Made by a program: the position numbers and the translations under genes. The notes below the pieces were generated by a model, which did not search any database, had not been told where the DNA came from, and saw nothing but the letters and a program-made list of their open reading frames with translations. A stretch of 64,000 nucleotides of DNA, taken from NCBI GenBank assembly GCA_051294375.1, contig CM119267.1, forward strand, positions 18,555,972 through 18,619,971. Reading direction: 5' to 3'. Shown here piece by piece: positions 11,792-23,057 of the stretch (position 1 is its first letter; each line of letters starts with the position of its first letter). This DNA comes from Paraspadella gotoi. Taxonomy: Eukaryota > Animalia > Chaetognatha.

Positions 11792-12007
11792 GGGAGGGAG
11801 CCGGCTTGGGATTTGCCGGGCTCCCATTGGTCGAGGCCGGTCACGTGACGGCTTCCCCTGGATTTTCTTTTTTTCATCTTTCGATGTTTTTTGTTCGTTT
11901 TTCTTACTCTGATAAACGCGCGATCTATCGCTAGCGCGAACAAAAGGGCATTTCGTGGCGAGGCGGACCGATATAGAATTAATATTCCATAAAGGAATTA
12001 AAAATTC
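11769..12007 (+). repeat. DIRS right ITR (11769-11974) and right-end extension (11975-12007)
   Basis: Inverted match to the left ITR, followed by agaattaatattccataaaggaattaaaaattc, which is complementary to the ICR. Confidence 0.95.
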
Positions 12008-13261
12008 TCGCTTACATTCCTACTTTGATAAACAAAGTAGTTCATATAAAAGTCATTGTTATTTTATTCTCGCGCTCATTATTATTATTTCCCCCTTCGA
12101 TGTTTCACTAAATAAATTCTCCTTCAATTTCACCCTGGCGTCGAATTATTTTCTACTAAAAATACTATCCTCCACTACATTTAATTAAATCTTTTTAATA
12201 ATTTTAACTTCAAATTATTCATAATTGTGTGTAGGTAGAGAAGTGTATGATATATAATAATATATATATAAATATATAATATATTATATATATATATATA
12301 TAATGTGGGGTACGAGCCGGAGTGTCGCAGTACTAGGCAATGCCCGATTACATATATATATATAGAATATAAAGTTTCGATGGAATCGAGTAGTGGAAAT
12401 GAGTTTGTATGAAAAAAGCCAGTCATATAGATTTAAATTTGTATTATTTATGCTTAATCATAAATGTTTTAATTAATTTATTAATTAATTAAATTGAAAA
12501 AATGATGCCATTTAAAAAAGTGTGAATTGAAAAAATGATGCAAGTTGATAAAAACAGTAGAAAAAAATAATAATAGTTAAAAAAATTATTTGTTTGTTTA
12601 ATTTCAGTTCAATACCTTGCAAGCGATTAACATGTATTGGCCCAGCCATTGCTTTGGTATGGCAGATCCGAAATTTAAAAATGAGCTAGAGTGGAGTTTG
12701 AGGTGGGAGAAGGATGGCGCTTAGCGCGAGAGATATCTTCTTTGAGCTCCCAGATACTGTCGATGATAGGATCAAGTGACGCCTGCAAGATGATTCATGT
12801 GGCGTTCCAACAATTGATCCCACTCGACTCGACCGGGGGGCGACGCCTGCGGCCGGAGGAGCCTGGACGGCGCTTAAGCCGGACAAGGTCGGGGCAGAAG
12901 TGTCTGCGTCCAACGGTTCGTCTTGGACTGAATCCCTCCATGTTGAATTCGTTTTGAGAGGAGATAACTTTTTTTATAAGACAAATAATGATTGAAATGG
13001 TAAGAAAATAACAGAAAACACTAAACAATAGTATGAAGGTAAGGTCCGTTAAAGGTCAGTAACCCAACCTTGGCTAAATGTCAGTTATGACTTGGTTATA
13101 CCTCGCATTAAACAAAATAATAAATTAGTAAAATTAATTATAAAGTAATTATTATTATTCATTAATTATTAATTACAAATTAATTATTAATTGATTATTA
13201 ATTAATGATAAAAGCGATGAATAATCAAAGGAGTCATCGTCATCAAATTGTAAACCAATTT

Positions 13262-13448
13262 GGGTTAAATTTTACTTTCTCCGACCAGGGTTTTGGCCTC
13301 TTTTGAAAAATTATTTAATAATATTAATTTTTAAAAAAGAAGATATAAACCCTCTTAACCCTAATAACCTTTAACCCTAAACTAACCTTAACTTTAACCC
13401 ATAACCTTTAATCCCTGACCCCGGTGGGCGAAAATAAAATTAACTCCC
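13262..13448. mobile_element. Short MITE-like element, family B (second copy ~29764-29930), with a TAACCC/TAACCT core
   Basis: Imperfect TIRs (taaattttactttctccgacc / ggtgggcgaaaataaaatta; aaattttaccttcgccga / tcggcgaaagtaaaatt) and a shared internal layout. Confidence 0.6.
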
Positions 13449-14216
13449 AATTGGTATTAAATTATCATTAAATCACTTATTTATGTTTGATCAGTGATCA
13501 TATCACCTTATTCTCTAATGAATTCGTTTCCTATATCAACCTTTTCTCTCCGTAGTCAGCTCAGTAATTTACCGTTAATTTCTAATTGGCCCGGAACGAG
13601 GATTTCGGCTTTACCGTCGATTCGGTCGGACTAAGGATTAGTACTACGTAGTTCAAATCTTATGTTAACCACTTTTTCGCTCGTTGAGCGACGAAAGTTG
13701 ATCCCTCGGAAGGCGCTATTTTTTCGTCGTTTTTTGCCCATAACTTTTGAACGTGTGGACCAATTTTAATAAAATTTTATTTCAGTATACTAGACGTAAT
13801 TCCACGTCGATCGGTACCAAATTTATCGAAATCGAGCCACGAGGAAAAAAGACGATGTTTTCTTTATATTAAGAGAATATGGTTTTTTTATCATCGCAAT
13901 CGCTTAGCGTTTGCGACGATATTGTATCGCTTTTGCCCATAAGTGGCGTCGTTGTCGTTGGCGTTCCAAATTATAGATCGCCTTTTTTATAATTAAATTT
14001 GGGTGTATGAAGCTGAAAATTTATATACAGCTTCTCATCATCGATGTGCTTAAAATTGAGTCTGGACAGTTATTAAATATGTTTTGTTTACGTTTTATCA
14101 AAACCACCAATTTTTCTTTATATTTTTGTATTTTTTTCTGTCTCTTTTTTTCTTTTAATTACATGTCTCTCTCCCTCTCTCTTTTCCCTAGTCACTGATT
14201 CATAAGGAAAAAAAAC

Positions 14217-14362
14217 GAGTCTGCAGCTGGCTCTGCAGGGGCTTATTCTTTATCTCTCTTTTCTCCTGCTGCTTCTGCTGCTGCCATTTGAGTTTGCAGC
14301 TGGCTCTGCAGGGGCTTATTCTTTATCTCTCTTTTCTCCTGCTGCTTCTGCTGCTGCCTTTT
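14217..14362. repeat. 73-bp tandem duplication (2 units)
   Basis: gagt(c/t)tgcagctggctctgcaggggcttattc...ctgctgctgcc occurs at 14217 and 14290. Confidence 0.92.
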
Positions 14363-14814
14363 GATTTTTTTTTCTCTCTCTCTGCGTTTTTATTGAAAAA
14401 AATTGAAATAGGATTTAACTCGTAAAATTAGGCATCGCATTCGTGCATGTTATCATTTTGCTATCGCAACATCAGGTTTTTATTTCATTTTTTTTTCTCA
14501 GGGTCTGCGTCTGCTGATTAGTGTAGCCTTAGTTTATTTTTTGTCTAAAATTTTGACAATGAAATTTATTTTTTTTAGAAACTGTAACTTTAATTTATAA
14601 TTTATAAAATATAATTTTACTTTCTTTTTATAAATTAATTTTCTTTTCTCAAATTTTTTTTTAGTATCAAAATTTGTCGTCAATCCAGATTTTTCTTTTG
14701 CGATTGCGACGATCNNNNNNNNNNNNNNNNNNNNNNNNNNNNNNNNNNNNNNNNNNNNNNNNNNNNNNNNNNNNNNNNNNNNNNNNNNNNNNNNNNNNNN
14801 NNNNNNNNNNNNNN

Positions 14815-14850
14815 TATAGAATTAATATTCCATAAAGGAATTAAAAATTC
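14815..14850 (+). mobile_element. Right terminus of a second copy of the DIRS element, abutting a 100-N gap
   Basis: 36 nt identical to 11972-12007, followed by a different flank (ttc|cttaatt). Confidence 0.88.
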
Positions 14851-16215
14851 CTTAATTATCTGAAATTTTACAATGTGCTGATTTGCAAGTTATTTTTTTT
14901 GTTTTGTCAACCAGGAAAACCAATTATTCAAAATCTGTTGTCAGTTCCTGTTTCTACGAATTACCGGTGCGCAGTCCTCGCGCCTCAATGACCTTTATAA
15001 GTCACATTCCAAAATTAGACTATTGATCGAACTTTTCGACTTTGTGCGCGGATCGCGGGAGGAATTTCGGTCACGGGATTTTTCGGTTATTTAAAATAAA
15101 AATATACTATCTCGAGTTATGAGAGGCAAAAAAACCAATTTCCCAACGAAACATTGAGTAATTGACAGATACTTAAAACGTAGTTATATTTTTATTAATT
15201 TAATCATTTGCCCGATATATCAGACGTTTTGGTTTATATCACGCGGTCCTTCACAGTAATTCTCGCTTTAATTTTTTGTCGTTATATAAAAATAAAATTC
15301 AAAAAATACTTGAATAGCCCGATCTAGAGAAAACTAGTACGAAAACAGAAAAAGACATAGTAGCTCGATAGAATCACGAGTTTCTCAGAAATTGTTGCCA
15401 AGAGGAACTATTGACGTTTTAAGTAACAATGCTTAAACTGCTATTGCCCGTTAATGTATTAGTTGCATGAACCCGTATCATATATTGTTTTTACTGTCTC
15501 TACTAATACTCGATACATACGATATTAAATAATAAAAGAGCGTCATATAATTAAAGTTATATAACAGTTATATAACTTCATTGATAGGCAAGCCAAGATA
15601 CCAGGCAGTTTCTATACTAGATTGTAAGAGAGTCGATCGAACGCTTGCGGTGTCTTGCTATTGTAGAAGAAGAAAATACGAGAAAATAAATGTAGGGAAA
15701 AAGGTGAAAGATTGTGACGATGTAAGAGAAGTAGAAAAGAAGTGGTAAGTCGCCTCACTATGATATTATGATTATCTGGTAAGACGGATGGAGGCCAGCT
15801 ATAGTCTTTCCTTAATGTTCAATGTCGGGCAAATGCGCTTGTTATTGAATGAATGAATAATTTTTATATTGGTTGTACAAATTTCAAAAAAAAACGAATG
15901 ACAAGTAATCGAAGTCAACTTTTGAATTTAAATCCCCGCCTTTCGATTATTAAATCTTCTCCCAACGTTGTCCTCTTTTTAACAAAACCGATTTAGTCTA
16001 AATTTTAGAACGAATTGGTGCGATTCTTGTCGGTCCGAGTTTGGCCGACCAAATTGTCAGGACGTCGACCTTCGCTCAAGTAGATCGTCGACCCCAACGC
16101 GATGTAGTCGGTCTCGTAGCCGGACTCTCCACCGCAATTATGTCTCCACTCTCCTTCGATAAGTCATTGACATTTTCGTGCACGCTGCACACTCATGGAC
16201 TTAGTATTTCGAGAA

Positions 16216-16345
<130 letters not shown>

Positions 16346-16789
16346 ATCTCTCCTCAGCTGCCACCCACTCCTGCTCAGCCCAAAACCGACCCCAACCAAA
16401 ACAAGCTCATGCGGATGCGAAAACCAGTCACAAAGCTCTTTCCAGAAATCCGCCGTCTTAAGTTAACATGTTGTTTTTCGTCCCTGTCTCTGTCAGAGCG
16501 ATATATCTATTGTTGGTTTTCGTCGTAAACCTGTTTCGCGATCATCGACCCCCGACGCTTGGATCGAGAAATCGAGAAATTTTTAAAATTATTTCTTTCT
16601 GGATTCGCTCTAAACCCGGATGCGAGAGAATCCTTTGCGTCCGGAAAACTCGGTCATGAGGGACCGCGCATCCTGACAGTTAAAGCGATCGGAGATCCGT
16701 GTTGAGCCCGGATTTAAATTGGATCATCGGGATATTGAGGAGCGATCAATGAGCCTACAGTCGATGTTAACACCCTCATTATTATTAAT

Positions 16790-16857
16790 GTTATTATCAT
16801 CATCATCTTCTTCTTCTTCTTCTTCTTCTTCTTCTTCTTCTTCTTCTTCTTCTTCTT

Positions 16858-16887
<30 letters not shown>
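16790..16887. repeat. (ATC)n/(TTC)n microsatellite; a (CAT)n tract also lies at ~19108-19182
   Basis: Read directly; source of the poly-K and poly-H ORFs. Confidence 0.95.
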
Positions 16888-16888
<1 letters not shown>

Positions 16889-17982
16889 AGCATCATAATC
16901 TTCACATCTTATCAAGGTCTTGGTCATCACGGTGTCATAACATAAACATCATTCAAATCAAAGTTCTCGGAATGAGCCCACATATCCTTCTAATCCTAAG
17001 TAATTTAATCTTCAAAACTCATTTTTCTCAATTGAAAAATGAGATTAAAAAAAAAAGTCCCAACCACGAAAGCCTCCACCGGAAAACCAGTCCGGAAATC
17101 GCGGCAGCCCTAAGTTCTCTTGATCCGAACTTCTTAAATCCGAAGACTGAAGAAACGAATGAGAAGAATAAAAATAAAGAGAGGAAAAAAAAAGGGAAAA
17201 AAAAGGAAAAAGAAAGGAAGGCGCTCGTTAGAAGAGTTTTCCGTTTCACGAACCTTAGATTTAGATTTAGATTGAGAACGAGTGATACGAATCCCGTCCG
17301 GGATGCGATCAGCGGGGAAACGAATTCTTTTGGTTTTTTTTTTGTTCGATAAATATATACTTTTTTTTCTGTGATTACTAATCGGTGATTAGTGAATAAA
17401 CGACTCGCTCGTTGAGAGATCATTTAGTAGATTGATTAATGTTGATGAGCTTTTCGGAACCCGCGTCAGGGAATAGTATTATCGATTATTATTATTATTG
17501 AGCAAATGATTGTTTGATTAAATGGCTTATAATCATTGATTATCTAATACATACAGTAGTTGATTCGGAGAACTTTACATTCGTTTAATAACAAACAACA
17601 TGCTCTTTGAAATATAAGTATTTTTTATTTCTTTTACTCTTTAAAAATGTCTTGATATTATTTATTTATTTATTATTATTATCATTTACTTTACCTCTGG
17701 TTAAATCTTCGATTGGACAATGTCATGTCAGTTTACGACGAAGATTGAATAGATTTTAAGAGACAAAGAAAAAAGGAAAAATAAATAAATAAAGAAGGAA
17801 AAAAGAAAAGAAAGAAAGGGAATAAAAGAGTCCTCCCACGAGTTAACCGCAAAAATTTCTCTTACCCCTTCTTTCCCGATTCTGCGAGATCGGAGAATTG
17901 GCTAAGATTCCATCTCGAAGGAGATGGATTGTCATTCATGAGACTGGAATGCGGAGTTTCGGGAAAGACGCCCGTCCTTCTC

Positions 17983-18132
17983 ATTGGTCAAATTATGAAT
18001 TCGACCAACGGCGCCGATTGGTCGAGAGATTCCGTTGGATGGCAACGACGCGGCTGATTGGTCGAGCGACGCCGTTGAATGGAACCGATTTCGCTCATTG
18101 GACAATTAGTCGAAAGGCCAATCATGACGTCA
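17983..18132. promoter_or_regulatory. Cluster of CCAAT boxes with an X-box-like site and a CRE
   Basis: ATTGG at 17983, 18017, 18057 and 18097; CCAAT at 18118; GTTGGATGGCAAC at 18034; TGACGTCA at 18125. Confidence 0.5.
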
Positions 18133-19106
18133 CTCTGAGATAAAGGAAAGAAAAAAGAAAGCTGCGCAAGAGTTGCGCCTAAAAAAAAGTAGATGAATGT
18201 TTTTTTTTTGTCTATCGAAAGAATGAGATTTAAGGATGGGCGGTTCGGGTTGCGAGGGTGGAGTGGGAAAGAGGGTCTCTTAGGACCAGGCTCGTGTCTT
18301 CCCGGCCATGCTTTGGGTGGCGTTGTTGTGACTTAAAAGATCAGATAGTAAACTAGTCTTTCATATTTTACGCAGTTAATTATAGTTACTCCGATCCCAA
18401 TCGCTGCTTCAATCACTCAACGATCATTTTACATACATTTTAAAAGAAAAATTATCACGGATAAGCATTAATCATTAAGCAGGTGTTAGTAGGATTGCAA
18501 TTCTAAAAATAAAATAAAAAAAATATCAAGCTAAAGACAATGTCAAATAAAGAAAAATATATATTCATTGAATTTTGTTTTGTTGGAAAATTTTTTTTAT
18601 ATAAATAACTAGCTCCCTCTTTAGTAGAAAAATTTGCGCAGACGACAAAAGACTATCTATTAGAGCGAATTTTTTTTCTTTTCTAAAATCTTTCATTTTA
18701 ATCATAATTTTCATATAATTATCCTTTTATATCATTTGTTTTAAGAAAAAAACTAAACTAAAACCGTAAAAAAAAAAAAAAAAAAACCAATATTAACACC
18801 TTAAGAACGCTGTTATGAATTCAGGCAAATTGATTTTAAAACGAACGTTATTTTTTTAGCCAAATTAAGATGGCCAATTGGCCATTTGCTAATACGTTTC
18901 AAATTTTCCGTCCATCCCACCCTCCTCTTTTCGTATCCACCCCCTCTCTCTCCCGCTTTTTCTTTCTCCCATCAGTTTGATCCCTCCGTGCTCTCCAAAC
19001 TCTCTCTCTCTCTCTCTGTCCATCTGACCCAAATATCTTGCTCAGCTCAACATCAAAACGACAGCTGCTTGGTCGACGTCAAGAGTCGTCATTGTCGCGG
19101 TTGTCG

Positions 19107-19182
<76 letters not shown>

Positions 19183-19450
19183 GACCATCATCAACATCGA
19201 TAAGTTTCAAAATTTGTTTATTTTGGGGCGGAACAACGACTCGACAAAAGCAAAAAAGAATTTCTCAATGATTTTTTTTTTTGATCGAGGGATTTTTCCT
19301 TTTATTTTAATTTATAGCTTATAATTTATAACTTAATACAAAACTTATGACATTGATTTACGAATCATACCTTAAGTTAAGAAAAGGCAACCTGCGATAA
19401 ACATTATAATTTGAAACGAGCTGATTTATGATGCTCTCTTTCTTTCTCTT

Positions 19451-19551
<101 letters not shown>

Positions 19552-19574
19552 AATGTAGCCCAAAGCCCGTTTCC

Positions 19575-19930
19575 TTAATACAATTCAATTCAATTCTCTC
19601 TCTCTCTCTGTCTCGCTTAAATTGAAGTTTTTATAGTGCACGTAACGAATTTTACTTTTTTCTTTTCATAGTACAGTTATAAGTTACACATACAGGCGAG
19701 CCAAACGATAAAATAGCGTATATGCCAGCGAATACGTTTCAATTTTATTAATCAAGTTCAACTAATGAAAGAGGTCACCAGTGGAGGGAGATGCGTCATA
19801 AATCCATTGTTGCAGCTCCAGGGGATGAAGCTGTACAGGGAGGTCTCGGATTTTGAAAGAAAAAAACAGACGCTACCTGCCTAAGACCTTCAGTCTCAGG
19901 CTCCAACCTCTTGCATAGAATCTTTTGTCA
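19575..19930 (-). mobile_element. Possible LINE 3'-end remnant
   Basis: The minus strand reads TSLYSFIPWS..HLP, like the 'SFxP...LP' end of LINE ORF2, and is followed by a short (TTGAA)n tail. Confidence 0.3.
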
Positions 19931-20352
19931 ACTTTCAAAAATTCTTACAAAAATTATAAAGTTCCCTTTTGGAAAATTAAACCGGCTGTTTATGACGACC
20001 ATAAAATAAACTAAAAAAAAAAATTATAAACTAGGTTAAAGGTTAAAAAAGAAAAAACTTCTTGAAATCAAATAAAAAAAAAAAACTTCCTTCTTTTAAG
20101 AGTTTAATTATCGATGAAGATAATTTTTTTTTCTCTCGTTTGAGTTTAGTTCAGCGTTAGAGTTGATCTCGGTGCAAATGGCCGTCGATTCGATAATTTT
20201 TTTTTTCTGTTTCTTTCTCGACTCGAGCGAAAAAGTTGAAGTTTAAAAAAACAACCTTCGTGACTCATTCTGCCCCCAAACAGATACACAATTGTCACTC
20301 ACGGCGACGAGACGACGATGTTTGTGAGTTTCACGTCTCGTCGTGACTCCGA

Positions 20353-22278
20353 ATGGATCCGTTAGAGCACGGTATGAATAGGGGTTATTGGCTTATTTCA
20401 ATCTTTATTATTATTTGCCAATGATTTATTTTTAGAAGAAGAGGATACGGACTTCACTTGGGACATCGGTCCCGTGGTCATCAGCGTCGTGTCTGTGATT
20501 TTCAACCTTTTAATTCTTCTCACTTTTGGGTTCCAAAGATGGAAGATGGTAAGAAAGATTTGGCAATGCACGATTCGTTACATACTGTAAATATTGTGAG
20601 AATATAAATTCGTACATTCGTACATTCGTACATTCATAAATTCGTACAATCGACCTGTAAAATAAGCACTCTTGTCCACAGAAACGTCCCCACGAAAGAG
20701 TCGCTCTCCAGTTGATGGCGCTAGCGGTCACGGACGTTCTCGACAGCGCTGCCATTTTGATTCACTTTTCCGTGAGGATTCATCTGCAGCGAAGAGGGGA
20801 GCTCAAAGAGACGCTCAGACAAACGATTCGCGATGGAACGAACGGACTTCACGTCACGGGTACGAAATTTTATCGTTGTTATTTCTTTCTACATTATTAC
20901 TATCAATATTTACAATATTTACAGGGGAACAGTACGTCGCCTACGTCGGCTGCGGATTCTTTTTGATAAAACGCATAACGAAACACCATTTTTTCAACCG
21001 ATTTTTTACCGTCAGATTTTTCTTAGTCGGTGAGAATGGCTTTTAAAATTTTAAAATTACTGTCATTGTATTTTTCGAAAAAACTGGCTCAATGATTTTT
21101 AATGTTTTCATTTTAGGCTGGAATAGACTTCTCCTGATTTACATTAATATTGCAAAGGTGGTTGACCTTTACTCAAACACACTGAACATTACTTATCGAC
21201 ATGACGTGAGGTACAAACAAAGGATGAGCATTGTAACATTGTATTTTATTTTTTACTCTCTTTGAATTATTCCAGAAATGAAATAGGAACCTTTCTCAAA
21301 ATATTTTTGGCGCCATTTTTTCTCTCTGCTTTGATAATGGTGATTTGGGTCGCAACGTTATACGCCGCAGGTCCTCATTTACAATATATTATAATATTGC
21401 AGCGTTGTAGTCGTTCGTCCACAATATAATATAATATGACTTTTTTTCATTTTCATTCACAGTTGACGAAGCTTTGTACATCATGGCCACTGTTTACATT
21501 GTCTATTACTTGATTCCGTTCGTTGTCCTCTTGTTTGCGACTGTTTTGTTGTTAAAGAAACTTACTTCGTTCCGCCGACGATTACGGCGCCTCTGGCGGC
21601 GTTCGGACGAAAAGCCGGTACAATTTTGTTTAATTCTTTTTCATAATAGTATATACTAGTTGCTAGTATTTTCGCTTAATCTATCAATACCGCTTTTTCA
21701 AAGGCCGAGTGGGACGAAATGACTGAGCAGCTCAAAATTATGATCATCGTGGTGACTCTCGCCTACCTCATCACTCACTTGCCAGGTCGGCGGAATAAAT
21801 TCGAAATACAAATAAATAACCTTCTTCACTTCGTTTGTTTCGACGCATTGATAGTATCGACTGTCCAAACTTGATTGATTTCGTTGTTTATAACTAGTTG
21901 GTGATGGTTTGTACGTAACTGTGACAGATGGTCTTCGGATCCCGTCTTGAGTAATGAATCAAATGATCTAACAATCTCTTGAAGGCGTCATCCACGCCGT
22001 CGCCAAAGTCGTCGGCGCCTCCCGCGACTTTGGCCGGGTCGCCGCTCGCGTCGCCGCAGCCGGATTCGCCCTCAATTCCCTCGTCAACTTTCCTCTCTTT
22101 CTCAAATTCAGGTTTGTTTCCTTGTTTTGCTTTGTTTTTTTTTTGTTTTTTAATATGTTCGACAAAAAAAAAACGATATTATTTTTTTTTTTCCAGCACC
22201 GTCTTTCGAAGATCATTTCTCGGGATGTTGCGTTGTCGACGATCACCGGACGAAACTCCACCGACGGAGATAATGTGA
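20353..22278 (+). CDS. Divergent rhodopsin-type 7TM GPCR, paralog A (10 exons, 349 aa)
   Basis: Exons 20353-20371, 20436-20548, 20682-20859, 20925-21029, 21117-21210, 21276-21370, 21463-21617, 21704-21785, 21985-22111 and 22197-22278 join in frame via GT-AG introns. Motifs: TM1 IFNLL, TM2 LAVTD, TM5 YLIPFVVL, TM6 AYLITHLP, TM7 NSLVNFPLF, helix 8 STVFRRSF. Confidence 0.88.
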
Positions 22279-22715
22279 AGCTTTTTGGTTCCATTCGCCT
22301 GTTATTTTGTTTTTTCAATTGTTTTTTTTTTTTTAATGATTACACTTTTTGATTTTCTAACACTTTTACATGTATCAATTAGCGAGAAAAATTTTGTGAC
22401 TTATCGCTAAAAATAGATTTTCTCCAAGTTAGAATTATTTAAAAATAGTACAGTCAAACTCGGAATAGTCATCATTTTTCGTTCATCGCTCAAAAATAAA
22501 CAGACGGAATCCTAAACGTTTCACAATGATTTACTTTTCCACTTATCTTCGTGATTCGTCATTTTTGTCTTTCTACATGCGGGTCGGTACCGGGAAGTTT
22601 CGCACTCAGCTCAGGAAATGATAAAATAAATTAAAAGCCAAAAAAGTAATAAAACTAAATCCTCGAGAATAAAAAAAAAAAGAAAAGTAAATAAAAAACA
22701 AAAAGGTCAACTAAG

Positions 22716-22994
22716 ATGGAACTCCAAACAGAATTTTGTCGAGGTACATAAATCGCGTCTTTTCATTTTATGATTTTAAAATGTCACTTCAATTTTGTCA
22801 TAATAAAAAAACCAAATGAAATCGGCAGGGAATTTTAGCCGCGACGCCGTGGGGCAAAACAAGTTCCGTCTGTGGAAAGAGATTTGGCCGGTGGTCATCG
22901 GCGTCGTCGCCGTCGTCTTCAACGTTCTCATCATCCTCACCTACGGTCATAGGAGATTGTCCAGGGTAAGGTTCGCTGCGGTTGGTCGCTCAGC

Positions 22995-23057
<63 letters not shown>

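Larger units (their letters stand above)
6800..12007 (+). mobile_element. Full-length DIRS1-like tyrosine-recombinase retrotransposon (5208 bp), ORFs frameshifted
   Basis: Non-identical ~205-bp ITRs, a 33-nt right-end extension, an ICR complementary to both termini, TTC at both ends, and + strand gag-like, RT, RNase H, methyltransferase-like and YR motifs in DIRS order. Confidence 0.96.

Noticed and set aside
13670-14714. Helitron/Helentron-like non-autonomous repeat (hairpin atcatcgcaatcgc..gcgtttgcgacgat)
   Set aside because: Suggestive, but ends and copy number cannot be defined in this window.
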